A stretch of 64,000 nucleotides of DNA from Fidelibacterota bacterium (lineage in GTDB: Bacteria > Fidelibacterota > UBA2242), in NCBI GenBank assembly GCA_049975265.1, contig JBNGDF010000003.1:32001-96000 (forward strand). Reading direction: 5' to 3'. The position numbers were made by a program, and so were the translations under genes. Positions within the stretch are counted from its first letter, which is position 1. Every line of letters starts with the position of its first letter. Below the pieces are notes generated by a model. That model saw only the letters and a program-made list of their open reading frames with translations. It had not been told where the DNA came from and ran no database searches. Shown here piece after piece: positions 39,561 through 48,922 of this stretch.

Positions 39561-42500
39561 ATTATTCCGGTCAAAATATCAGAACTATCGAAGTCAAATT
39601 GGACGCCCTGCGCAAACGATGGAGCGAATTCATTTTTCTGAATGGTTTCGTACGGGCGCTAATGCTGGTGTTTGCAACCGGTTTTATCATAACTACTCTG
39701 GAAGGGTTTCGGTACTTTGCTGTGCCGGTCCGGTTGAGTATCCTTAGATTTTTTACCGGTTTTCTGCTCATTTTTTGCCTGGCACCGGTGGTGTTGGCAT
39801 TTCTGGTGCGCACCAATCGAATGGCATCCTTTTCCAATCAAAAACTTGCCCGGCTGTTGGGAAAACAATTTCCCGTCCTCGGTGACCGTCTGTTGAACGG
39901 GCTGCAACTGGTTGAGATGAGCCGGCAGGAGGATTCGGGTTTTTCCAGGGAACTGGCGGATTATTCGGTGAAAACGGTGGCAATAGAGATCGGGAAATAT
40001 CGTTTTGAGGAGGTAATTCCCCGGCAGAAATTGCGCTCATCGCTGATTCAGTTTGGGGTTGTGCTGACAATGCTTACGGGAATTGCGGGATTCAATGCAG
40101 ACTATTATCAACAATCCGTTGAGCGTCTGCTGCATCCCAGGCAATCGTTTACCATTCCCCAGCCTTTTCATATCCGATCTCTGACCGGTTCTATGAATGT
40201 ATTCGGCGGCGATACGGTGCAAGTGGCGTTTCTCTGTTCCGGTAATTATCCCGAACAACTCACTTTTCGTGCCGACCACCGGGATTTTATTACCGAAAAG
40301 AGTGTTGTTCCTGATGACTCCGGTCGGATCAGGCTGAATCTGGGCGCCGTCCGCAATACGATCATTTATGAAGCCTTTGCAGAAAACCGGTCGGTTTTCA
40401 GACCCTGGCGGCGGATCAGCAGCGGCAGCGATACGATCAAAGTCACCGACCGCCCGGAAATACTGGCGGTCGCGATTCGTATCGATCCGCCGGAATACAC
40501 CGGTTTGCCGACGGAAATCCAAGAGTCCAACAATCTGGAACTGATGGTACTGCCCGGCACGCGGCTGGAGCTTTCGGCAACTGCCAACAAGCCACTCCGA
40601 AGCGCTTGGTTGCGGTTTAAATCGGGACTACCCCTGGATTTACACATTGCCGGTAATATTGCCCGCGGCGAATTGCTTATTACCGCTGCCGATGAATTCC
40701 GCTTTTTGTTAATGGACGAAAATGGCGTCCGGAATCTGGACCCGATACGCTATTCCATCCGGATTATCCCGGATTCCTATCCCGTCTGTCGGCTGATTTC
40801 ACCGGATGCCGATATCGAGCTGACCGAAGCCATGGAAATTCCGCTGGGTATCCGGATCGGCGATGATTACGGCTTTTCAAAGGTCCTGATTCGCTATCGT
40901 CTAATCAAAAACTATACCCCCGATCAGATACCTGCGGATTCCGTTGAATTTCCACTTCGAGATCGGAAATTGACCCTTCAGGAATTGTATTACAACTGGT
41001 CGGTGAAAGATATGCGTTTATCACCGGAGGATGTGATTGAATTTCAGGTAATCGCCTATGACAATGATCCCATCAACGGTCCCAAGTCAGCGAACTCGAG
41101 GACACTCAGGGCGCGGTTTCCATCTTTGAACGATCTTTTCAGCGGTTTATACGAGCAGCAGGATGATATAATGGAGCGGGGCGCTGAATTACAGCGGGAG
41201 CTGGAGAATGCCGAGCAGGCTCTCGAGCAGATTTCGCTGGAGCTGCTGAAAAATCCGGACCTCAACTGGGAACAGAAACAACAGCTGGCTATGGAGATTC
41301 AACGCACTGAAAAAGCGACGGAAAAACTGTCCGAAATGGCAGAACGGCTGGATAAGATGATAGAAGAGAGCCGGGAAAATAATCTCTTCGATGAGGAGAC
41401 TCTGGAAAAATATGCCCAGCTGCAGCAGTCGTTTCAGGAAATCATGACGCCGGAGCTACGGGCGGCGATGGAAAAGCTCCAGCAGGCACTGGAAAAAATG
41501 GACCGTAAAGAGGTCCGAAATGCCCTGAAACAATTTCGCACAAACCGCGAGCAGTTTTCGAAAGAGATCAATCGAATGCTCAGGCTGCTTGAGCGGGTAA
41601 AAATCGAACAGTCGGTAGATGAGATTGTCCGTCGTCTGGAAGACCTGGTGAATCGCCAGGAGAATATCAACCGGGACATTGAGCAGACCGATGACAGCGA
41701 AAAAACCAAAATGAACCAACTGGCTCAAGAGGAGAAAACCGTTGAGCGTGACACCGATATTCTGCTCGATGTAATGGAGCGAACCAGCCGGGATATGCAG
41801 GAATTTCCGTTAATGCCCTACCGCGAACTGGCGGCGCATAAACAGGATTTCGAAAATTCCGATGTTAAGAGTCAGATGAATCAGACACGCGAAGCACTGC
41901 AGCACAGCGATAAAGACCAGGCGGGTAAACATTCGCAAGCGGCGCAAAAACGGCTGCAGGAATTTCTGGAAAAGATGCAGCAGTTTCAATCCGACTTCAA
42001 TTCCGGGCAGATGGAGCAATTGATGAGTGATTTTCGGGAGGTAATTTATAAAACCATGCAGGTATCCCAAAGCCAGGAGACCATCAGCCAGTTGATAAAA
42101 AGTACGCCGCGTCAGAGCGAGCAGTTAATGGATGTGGCTGTCCGGCAGCAGTATATCCGCCAGAACCTGTCGACGGTAATTAACGATCTGATTGAACTAT
42201 CCAATAAGACCTTTGGTCTCTCTTCCAACGCCGGTAAAGGTTTTGGGCAGGCAGCGGCAGGGATGAATGAGGCGATCCAGTTGATGGAAGAGCGCAATAC
42301 CCACGCTGCCGCCAGCGCCGCAAATAACGCAGTAGCCGCCCTGAATCATGCCGCGCTGAATCTGATCAATTCCATGAAAAATCTCCAGCAGAGTGGTTCG
42401 GCGTCGGGGTTTGAACAGTATCTTGAGCAACTGAAGAAAATGGCGGGACAGCAACAGGGAATTAACGATGAGACACAACTGCTGGGGATGAGCGGCGGTG

Positions 42501-42946
42501 AGGGGCGTCGACAAGCCCTCCAGCGACTGGCGGCGCGCCAACAGCAGCTGCGTAAGTCACTGGAAGATCTGCAGAAAGAGATCAGTGAGAGTGGACAGCA
42601 AACCGGTGATTTGGGTGGCGTTGCCAAGGATATGGATGAAGTTATTAAAGATTTACAGCAGGACCGCGTTCTCCGGAAAACCCTCGAGCGTCAGCAGCGT
42701 ATTCTATCCCGTCTTCTGGATGCGCAGAAATCGTTGCGAACCCAGGATTATAAAAAAGAACGCAAAAGTATCACCGGGAAGGACCTGGAGCGGGAATCAC
42801 CAGGACAACTACCTGCCGATCTGGGAGAGCGGCAGACCATTCTCAGGCAAAATCTGGAGCAGGCGATGAAAGAGGGCTATGTGCGGGAATACGAGGAGCT
42901 GATCCGGAAATATTTTGAATCAATTTCGAGTGAAACCAATGAATAG
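39557..42946 (+). CDS. DUF4175-like membrane-anchored long coiled-coil protein
   Basis: 3 N-terminal TM; Ig-like region 'PPEYTGL', 'DDYGFSK', 'A.DND..NGPK'; long Q/E-rich coiled coil; C-terminal 'YEELIRKYF'. Confidence 0.8.
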   Translation: MNYSGQNIRTIEVKLDALRKRWSEFIFLNGFVRALMLVFATGFIITTLEGFRYFAVPVRLSILRFFTGFLLIFCLAPVVLAFLVRTNRMASFSNQKLARLLGKQFPVLGDRLLNGLQLVEMSRQEDSGFSRELADYSVKTVAIEIGKYRFEEVIPRQKLRSSLIQFGVVLTMLTGIAGFNADYYQQSVERLLHPRQSFTIPQPFHIRSLTGSMNVFGGDTVQVAFLCSGNYPEQLTFRADHRDFITEKSVVPDDSGRIRLNLGAVRNTIIYEAFAENRSVFRPWRRISSGSDTIKVTDRPEILAVAIRIDPPEYTGLPTEIQESNNLELMVLPGTRLELSATANKPLRSAWLRFKSGLPLDLHIAGNIARGELLITAADEFRFLLMDENGVRNLDPIRYSIRIIPDSYPVCRLISPDADIELTEAMEIPLGIRIGDDYGFSKVLIRYRLIKNYTPDQIPADSVEFPLRDRKLTLQELYYNWSVKDMRLSPEDVIEFQVIAYDNDPINGPKSANSRTLRARFPSLNDLFSGLYEQQDDIMERGAELQRELENAEQALEQISLELLKNPDLNWEQKQQLAMEIQRTEKATEKLSEMAERLDKMIEESRENNLFDEETLEKYAQLQQSFQEIMTPELRAAMEKLQQALEKMDRKEVRNALKQFRTNREQFSKEINRMLRLLERVKIEQSVDEIVRRLEDLVNRQENINRDIEQTDDSEKTKMNQLAQEEKTVERDTDILLDVMERTSRDMQEFPLMPYRELAAHKQDFENSDVKSQMNQTREALQHSDKDQAGKHSQAAQKRLQEFLEKMQQFQSDFNSGQMEQLMSDFREVIYKTMQVSQSQETISQLIKSTPRQSEQLMDVAVRQQYIRQNLSTVINDLIELSNKTFGLSSNAGKGFGQAAAGMNEAIQLMEERNTHAAASAANNAVAALNHAALNLINSMKNLQQSGSASGFEQYLEQLKKMAGQQQGINDETQLLGMSGGEGRRQALQRLAARQQQLRKSLEDLQKEISESGQQTGDLGGVAKDMDEVIKDLQQDRVLRKTLERQQRILSRLLDAQKSLRTQDYKKERKSITGKDLERESPGQLPADLGERQTILRQNLEQAMKEGYVREYEELIRKYFESISSETNE

Positions 42947-44882
42947 CAAGACGACATTTGTCATAATTGTCGCAATCCTGTTGTCGGCTCAGATATGGAG
43001 CGTGGCTCAGAGCAGCTGGAAATCTCCGGAAATCCTGAAACGGGAACGGGCGGCGAAGTACCGCCTGGCGCAACAGTACGAACAGCAGGGTGCCATCGAA
43101 CGAGCCACCATTTTGTATCGTGAGCTGTTCGACCAGGACCCCCGCAACGGCAGTTACTATTCCCGCTACAGCAATCTTCTGTTTGTGCAGAAGAAATATC
43201 CGGAGCTGGAACAGCTGATTTCTACATATTTATCCTATCATCCCAATGACGAAGCTGCCCAAATCGATCGGGGCAGGCTCTATTTTTTACAGGGTGATAC
43301 ACTCAGGGCAGAACAGCATTGGCAGCAATCCTGGAAAGAGTCGCAGTATTCCCAGAATTACACCCGCCTTTTGTTTCATGGTCTGATCATGCTGCAGGCG
43401 TATGATCGGGCTGAAGAGGTGATTCGAACGGCAAGAGATTATTATCAAAATGAGTCTCTCTTTGCCGTCGAACTGGCGAATTTTTTCCGGGCGCGTGGTG
43501 AATATCTCAAGAGTACCCGCGAGTTCCTGAACTACGGGCGGCAACAGCCACGCAATTACCAGTATGTGAGCAACCAGATTCTGCGTTTCCCCGGAGACAG
43601 CAGTCTCTTTGCCCAAATTGATTCGCTGATTCAACAGGAAATCGAGGATTCGAAGCGAGTCAAAGAGCTCTATCGGCTGCGAGCGGATTTACTGTTTCGC
43701 CAGCAGCAATACACCGCCGCAATTGAGCAGGTGCTGATCGTTGAAACATTGAGTGGCAACCGGGGTGAGGCTGTTCTGGACCTGGCTGGTGATCTGCTGA
43801 ATGTTGGTGAGTACGGCTTAGCAGAGCATCTGTACACCACAATCATTGAGAAGCCTGAATTTCGGAATGTCGTTCCGAAAGCATTGCTGGGACTGGCGGA
43901 TGCGTTTGAGCGGGAAATGCTGGCGGATCAATCCTGTTCGCCGCTGGACTATTTTTACCGTGATAATATCTTTTTCGTACCGGCGTATATCTACGGGATT
44001 GGTGCCGATGATTATCACATTAAGAAAGCCTTTTCCGTTTACGATTCGATGATTGTCTCGCTTCCAAGATCGGTTTACACCGCCCGGGCACTCTATCGGC
44101 TGGGCGAATTGCGCTATCGGGTTCTGCATGACATCGACGGAGCCGCCCGGCTGTATGAGGACGCGTTGGAAATCGGTGCGGATACCGATATTCGCTATAG
44201 TTGTATCGTTCGGCAGGCAGACCTGATGATCGCCCGGGGAAATCTCGATAGCGCGGCGGAATACATTCGCCGGAACCAGCGAAGATTTGAAGGCACGGAT
44301 GTCGAGAAATCTCTGGCGGTACGGTATATTCTGAGCCGGTATTATCGCGGTGAGGTGGATTCGGCACTGGTCTATACGAATGAGCTAATGAATATGACAG
44401 GGGTCGCCGATCCGCTATTTAACGATGCGCTGGAATTTCAAAATTTCATTGAACAGTTTTTGGTCGGTGGGGATGATGAAAATCGTCAGTATGTCCGGGA
44501 ATTTTTACAGTGCGAGTGGCTGATCCATCAGAGTAAACTGTCTGAAGCCCGGGAGAGTCTGGACTATTTAATTGAGAATGCGGAGGACACGGGTGTGGTA
44601 CTACCGGCGCGGTATCGTTTATTGCAGATTGAACTGTTTTTCCGGAATCGGGAACAGGCTGAAAGCATACTCGATCGGATTCTGAGTGAAGAGAATCAAT
44701 TTGCCGACGATGCCCTGTTCATGATGGGAGAAATCGCCGATGTTCGCGACGATGATCGGGAATATGCCGTTCACTGGTATCAGCGCTTGCTGCAGGAGTA
44801 CCCAAATTCATTCATGACCGAGATTGTCAGAAAGAGATTGCGCAGGATGCAGAGCGAGCTGAATATTAAACAGGAGTTATAA
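42939..44882 (+). CDS. Secreted tetratricopeptide repeat protein
   Basis: Signal peptide; many TPRs; C-terminal 'ADDALFMMGEI...YQRLLQEYPNSF...RKRLRRM'. Confidence 0.85.
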   Translation: MNSKTTFVIIVAILLSAQIWSVAQSSWKSPEILKRERAAKYRLAQQYEQQGAIERATILYRELFDQDPRNGSYYSRYSNLLFVQKKYPELEQLISTYLSYHPNDEAAQIDRGRLYFLQGDTLRAEQHWQQSWKESQYSQNYTRLLFHGLIMLQAYDRAEEVIRTARDYYQNESLFAVELANFFRARGEYLKSTREFLNYGRQQPRNYQYVSNQILRFPGDSSLFAQIDSLIQQEIEDSKRVKELYRLRADLLFRQQQYTAAIEQVLIVETLSGNRGEAVLDLAGDLLNVGEYGLAEHLYTTIIEKPEFRNVVPKALLGLADAFEREMLADQSCSPLDYFYRDNIFFVPAYIYGIGADDYHIKKAFSVYDSMIVSLPRSVYTARALYRLGELRYRVLHDIDGAARLYEDALEIGADTDIRYSCIVRQADLMIARGNLDSAAEYIRRNQRRFEGTDVEKSLAVRYILSRYYRGEVDSALVYTNELMNMTGVADPLFNDALEFQNFIEQFLVGGDDENRQYVREFLQCEWLIHQSKLSEARESLDYLIENAEDTGVVLPARYRLLQIELFFRNREQAESILDRILSEENQFADDALFMMGEIADVRDDDREYAVHWYQRLLQEYPNSFMTEIVRKRLRRMQSELNIKQEL

Positions 44883-44891
44883 ACGATTGAG

Positions 44892-46154
44892 ATGAGAAAA
44901 TATCTGTTCATAATACTATTGATGATGTTTGGAACTGCTCCATTAACGGCTCAGAAATTGCTGATTCCCATGGATTTAACCCAAACGGATCATCTGAAAG
45001 CCTACGGGATTGTTTATTGGGTTTTAAAACAGGAGATCAATGTCGAATGGCTGCTGAATTATCGCGGCGGTTCCTTTTTAATGGATCATTATAGTGGTAT
45101 TGAGCAGGAATTACGCCTCAGAGGTGTCAGGTTTGAGCAGCTGTCGGCGGCTGAGTTGTTGGAGATTTACTCCGTTATCGAAGAAAATAATATGGACATT
45201 GCGCTTTTGGAAAAGGCGGCGAAAATCGCCATCTATTCACCGCCCAATAAACAGCCCTGGGATGATGCCGTCACACTGGCGTTAACCTACGGTGAAATCG
45301 ACTATGACGTTATCTGGGACGTCGAGGTGATGGAGGGACGGCTGGATGAATACGACTGGCTGCACCTGCATCATGAGGATTTTACCGGGCAATACGGAAA
45401 ATTTTACGCCAACTATCGCCACCAAGCCTGGTATCAGGAACAGCAGCGGTATTTCGAGAAAATAGCACATCAGCTGGGTTTTACCAAAGTGTCAGAAGAA
45501 AAGAAAGCCATTGCCCGTAAGATTAAGGAATATGTCGGGCAGGGTGGCTTCCTCTTTGCCATGTGTTCGGCAACGGATGCGCTGGATATTGCCCTGGCGG
45601 CGGAAGGTGTGGATATTGTGGCATCGGTATTTGATGGTGATCCGGTGGACCCTAAGGCTCAGGAGAAACTGGATTTTGAAAAGACGCTGGCGTTCGAAAA
45701 CTTTACCTTATACACGGACCCGATGATCTACGAGTACTCCGATATCGACTATCCACCCAGTTTTCAGGCGGTGACACCCGGAGCCGAGGCTGATTATTTT
45801 ACACTGTTTGAATTTTCGGCAAAGTATGATCCGGTACCGACGATGTTGACCCAGAACCATGTGGGAATCATCAAGGGTTTTATGGGGCAAACCACCGGCT
45901 TCCGGCGGGATAAAATCAAAAAAACGGTCGTTATTATGGGCGAAGTGGTGGACGGCGAACAGGTGAAATATATCCATGGAAATTACGGGCGCGGTACATT
46001 TACCTTCCTGGGTGGTCACGATCCGGAAGATTACCGGCACTATGTCGGCGATCCGCCCACAAAGCTGGAACTGCACAAGAATTCTCCCGGATATCGCCTG
46101 ATCCTCAACAATGTGCTGTTCCCTTCCGCCCGGAAAAAGGAACAGAAAACCTAA
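44892..46154 (+). CDS. Conserved secreted FCB-group protein of unknown function (glutamine-amidotransferase-like fold; often labelled 'asparagine synthetase B')
   Basis: 'LIPMD..QTDHLKAYG', 'WLLNYRGGSF', 'WDDAVTLALTY', 'LHHEDFTGQYGKF', 'MCSATD', 'GGHDPEDY', 'SPGYRLILNN.LFP'. Confidence 0.8.
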   Translation: MRKYLFIILLMMFGTAPLTAQKLLIPMDLTQTDHLKAYGIVYWVLKQEINVEWLLNYRGGSFLMDHYSGIEQELRLRGVRFEQLSAAELLEIYSVIEENNMDIALLEKAAKIAIYSPPNKQPWDDAVTLALTYGEIDYDVIWDVEVMEGRLDEYDWLHLHHEDFTGQYGKFYANYRHQAWYQEQQRYFEKIAHQLGFTKVSEEKKAIARKIKEYVGQGGFLFAMCSATDALDIALAAEGVDIVASVFDGDPVDPKAQEKLDFEKTLAFENFTLYTDPMIYEYSDIDYPPSFQAVTPGAEADYFTLFEFSAKYDPVPTMLTQNHVGIIKGFMGQTTGFRRDKIKKTVVIMGEVVDGEQVKYIHGNYGRGTFTFLGGHDPEDYRHYVGDPPTKLELHKNSPGYRLILNNVLFPSARKKEQKT

Positions 46155-46157
46155 CGA

Positions 46158-46571
46158 ATGGAGAACCGTATGCAGGAATTTACTGTGAAGACGTCCAGTC
46201 GTAATGAGTTTGTAGACATCACAGACCGGGTGCGGGCTCTGGTTCATGATAGCGGTATTGAAGCGGGCATCTGTATGGTCTATTGCCCTCATACCACTGC
46301 CGCAATTACCATCAATGAAAATGCCGATCCTGATGTGACGGAAGATATTATCCGAAAATTAAGCATGCTGATTCCGCCTCGGGAGAATTACCGACATATT
46401 GAGGGAAATTCAGATGCGCATATCAAATCGTCACTGATGGGAAACTCTGCCCAGATAATAATTCATAATGCATCTCTGCGGCTGGGTACCTGGCAGGGAA
46501 TTTACTTTTGTGAATTTGACGGTCCGCGCACCCGAAAGGTGTGGGTATCGTTTACAAAAACGGACAGGTAA
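46158..46571 (+). CDS. yjbQ: YjbQ / UPF0047 family protein
   Basis: 'HTTAAITINENADPDV', 'H.EGNSDAHIKS', 'LGTWQGIYFCEFDGPR.R'. Confidence 0.93.
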   Translation: MENRMQEFTVKTSSRNEFVDITDRVRALVHDSGIEAGICMVYCPHTTAAITINENADPDVTEDIIRKLSMLIPPRENYRHIEGNSDAHIKSSLMGNSAQIIIHNASLRLGTWQGIYFCEFDGPRTRKVWVSFTKTDR

Positions 46572-46611
46572 CCGAAATCACCTGCCCGTTACATCTCTGA
46601 AATTCCGGTAT

Positions 46612-46791
46612 CTACTTCTTGTTGAAGTATTCCAGCACGCCGAGCCCGATAGCGATCAGCAGTAGCGTCTGGGAAAAATCATTCCACCCTGCCGCCGAAA
46701 TAATGATCGCACCACCTGCCAGCTGCGTAATGATTCCCAGCAAGAGTGCAACCAAACCGGCTAAGATCGCAATAAGAATCCATGTTTTCAT
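46612..46791 (-). CDS. 59-aa two-TM small protein (absent from the ORF track)
   Basis: MKTWILIAILAGLVALLLGIITQLAGGAIIISAAGWNDFSQTLLLIAIGLGVLEYFNKK; AGGAGG SD; consensus promoter upstream. Confidence 0.85.
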   Translation of the reverse strand: MKTWILIAILAGLVALLLGIITQLAGGAIIISAAGWNDFSQTLLLIAIGLGVLEYFNKK

Positions 46792-46827
46792 GATCCCTCC
46801 TATGGTTATTAATTTTTACACACCACC

Positions 46828-46856
46828 ATTATAATAGTTATTTTTATGAATGTCAA
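46828..46856 (-). promoter_or_regulatory. Perfect consensus sigma70 promoter
   Basis: Minus strand TTGACA (46856-46851), 17-nt spacer, TATAAT (46833-46828). Confidence 0.85.
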
Positions 46857-48116
46857 CTATTCAAAAATCCTTTTTTCGATTTTGCCGGGTATTGTCAGCT
46901 CCTTTTCGGATTTGGCAATGATTAATGCACCGCAGCTGTCGCTCCAGACATTTGTCGAGGTGCGTACCATATCAAGTATGCGGTCGACCGCCAGGATCAT
47001 GCCGATGCCTTCCAGCGGCAAACCGACGGCTTTCAGTACGATGGACATCATTACCAGTCCTGCCATCGGAATGCCGGCTGCCCCAATGGAAGCCAGTAAT
47101 GCCGTAACAACAACGGTAAACTGGGCGGTAATACTTAATTCAATCCCATAAACCTGGGCGATAAACATGGCTGCCACGCATTCATAGAGAGCGGTTCCGT
47201 CCATATTGACGGTGGCGCCAAGGGGGAGCACAAAACTTGATATTTTATTGGAAATACCCGCCTTTTTTTCGGCACACTCCATAGTCAGCGGAAGCGTCGC
47301 CGAGCTGGATGAGGTAGTAAAAGCGGTTAACAAGGCGACACTCATATTGTTCAGGTGGGTTAACGGATTCTCCTTTGCCAGAAGGATGATCAACAGGGGC
47401 AGATTGATAAAATAGTGCCATAACAGACCTATTAGGACCGTGATGAAATAAAACCCCAGGGATTTGAAAATCTCCAAACCGGTGGTGGCGGTGATTTTGG
47501 CTACCAGACCGAAAACCCCCAGCGGAGCAAAAAGGATAATAAAATGGGTGATATTCATCATGACCTCAAAGCCAGCCTGAAAAAAGTCGGTCAGGAGTGT
47601 TTTATGAGAGTTATTCAGGCGGGAAATGAAAATCCCAAGGATAATACAGAAGAATATAACCGGTAATATTTCGCTGTCGACCATGGCGGAAAAGGGATTG
47701 GTGGGAATAATCCGGTAGAGCAGGTCCTGCAAACTACCGACGGCTAAAGATTCGGCATCCGGATTGGCTGACAGGGTAATGTCGGCATTGATTCCCGGCT
47801 GGATCAGATTGACTAACAGCAGACCGGTCAATATTGCCAACAGACTCGACGTCAAATAGTAGAGTAGCGTTTTTATGCCGAGCCGTCCGAGGTTCTTGGA
47901 GTCGCCGATTCCCAGTACGCCGGAGGTGATGGAGGTAAAGATCAGCGGGACAATGATCATTTTCAATAAGCGCAGAAACAGATCACCGATCATGGTGGCG
48001 AAGGGTAAAATTGATTCACCGAAAAATATGCCTGCAAGAAGTCCCAGCAAGATGCCGATAAAAATCCAGGCGGTCAATGGTATTTTTCTTAAATAAACCA
48101 GCGCTTGACGACTCAT
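46857..48116 (-). CDS. Dicarboxylate/amino acid:cation symporter (DAACS, GltP family)
   Basis: 'FLRLLKMIIVPL', 'AFTTSSSSATLP', 'PLGATVNMDGTALY', 'DRILDMVRTSTNVWSD'. Confidence 0.95.
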   Translation of the reverse strand: MSRQALVYLRKIPLTAWIFIGILLGLLAGIFFGESILPFATMIGDLFLRLLKMIIVPLIFTSITSGVLGIGDSKNLGRLGIKTLLYYLTSSLLAILTGLLLVNLIQPGINADITLSANPDAESLAVGSLQDLLYRIIPTNPFSAMVDSEILPVIFFCIILGIFISRLNNSHKTLLTDFFQAGFEVMMNITHFIILFAPLGVFGLVAKITATTGLEIFKSLGFYFITVLIGLLWHYFINLPLLIILLAKENPLTHLNNMSVALLTAFTTSSSSATLPLTMECAEKKAGISNKISSFVLPLGATVNMDGTALYECVAAMFIAQVYGIELSITAQFTVVVTALLASIGAAGIPMAGLVMMSIVLKAVGLPLEGIGMILAVDRILDMVRTSTNVWSDSCGALIIAKSEKELTIPGKIEKRIFE

Positions 48117-48230
48117 TGAATTGGCTCCAGTGGATTAAATTGTTTGAAAATTAGGGAATCCGGAGAGAATATCAAACTTTTCGGGATATTTTTATTGAAA
48201 TTCTACGAAAAAGAGTGAATATTCCTGGAG

Positions 48231-48371
48231 ATGAGACCCAAGCCGAGTGCCAAAATCAACCTGTTTTTACTGTTTATCATCATCGCCATTCTGTTCTTTC
48301 TCCATTTTCGGAGAGTTCGCCAGGACATTATTGATTCCCGCAGGACAAAATCAAAGACGGAGCAGCAGTGA
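48231..48371 (+). CDS. 46-aa single-TM small protein (absent from the ORF track)
   Basis: MRPKPSAKINLFLLFIIIAILFFLHFRRVRQDIIDSRRTKSKTEQQ; its TGA overlaps the next GTG start (GTGA). Confidence 0.5.
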   Translation: MRPKPSAKINLFLLFIIIAILFFLHFRRVRQDIIDSRRTKSKTEQQ

Positions 48372-48913
48372 AAAAGTTGATATCGGATCAGACACTGCTA
48401 CTGATCATTGATGTGCAGGAGAAGTTGGTTCCGGCAATGTCCGGGGCAGCGAATCTGGTCGGTCGCTTGGTCACATTGATCAAAGGAATTCACCTGCTGA
48501 ATATTCCGATAATCTACACCGAGCAGTACCCCAAAGGTTTGGGAGCGACGGTCCCTGAAATCCGGGATTTACTGGAAAAAGAGGTGCGCTGTGAAAAGCA
48601 ATCCTTTTCCTGCTGTCTCAATCCGGATTTTAATGAAACGCTGAAACGGTGTAAGCGTCACCAGATTCTGATTGGCGGGATTGAGACCCATGTCTGTGTA
48701 TTCCAGACCTGTCTTGATCTGCTGGCAGACGGCTATGCGGTCTATCTGGTTGCTGATACTGTCGCCAGCCGGAAGGAGAGTGACAGCAGTCTGGCGTTAC
48801 GGGTTCTTGAGAACGGCGGCGTGAATCTACGCAGCGTCGAGATGGTACTGTTTGAGCTGCTGCAGACGTCCCGGCATGAAAAATTCAAAGATGTATCAAA
48901 ATTAATCAAATAG
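48368..48913 (+). CDS. Isochorismatase-family hydrolase (YcaC-like)
   Basis: 'LLIIDVQEKL', 'TEQYPKGLG.TV', 'K.SFSC', 'GIETHVCV.QT'. Confidence 0.92.
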   Translation: MKKLISDQTLLLIIDVQEKLVPAMSGAANLVGRLVTLIKGIHLLNIPIIYTEQYPKGLGATVPEIRDLLEKEVRCEKQSFSCCLNPDFNETLKRCKRHQILIGGIETHVCVFQTCLDLLADGYAVYLVADTVASRKESDSSLALRVLENGGVNLRSVEMVLFELLQTSRHEKFKDVSKLIK

Positions 48914-48922
48914 GTGAGAAGT

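Noticed and set aside
44892..46154. asnB asparagine synthetase
   Set aside because: It has a signal peptide and lacks the N-terminal Cys Ntn domain and the SGGLDS motif.
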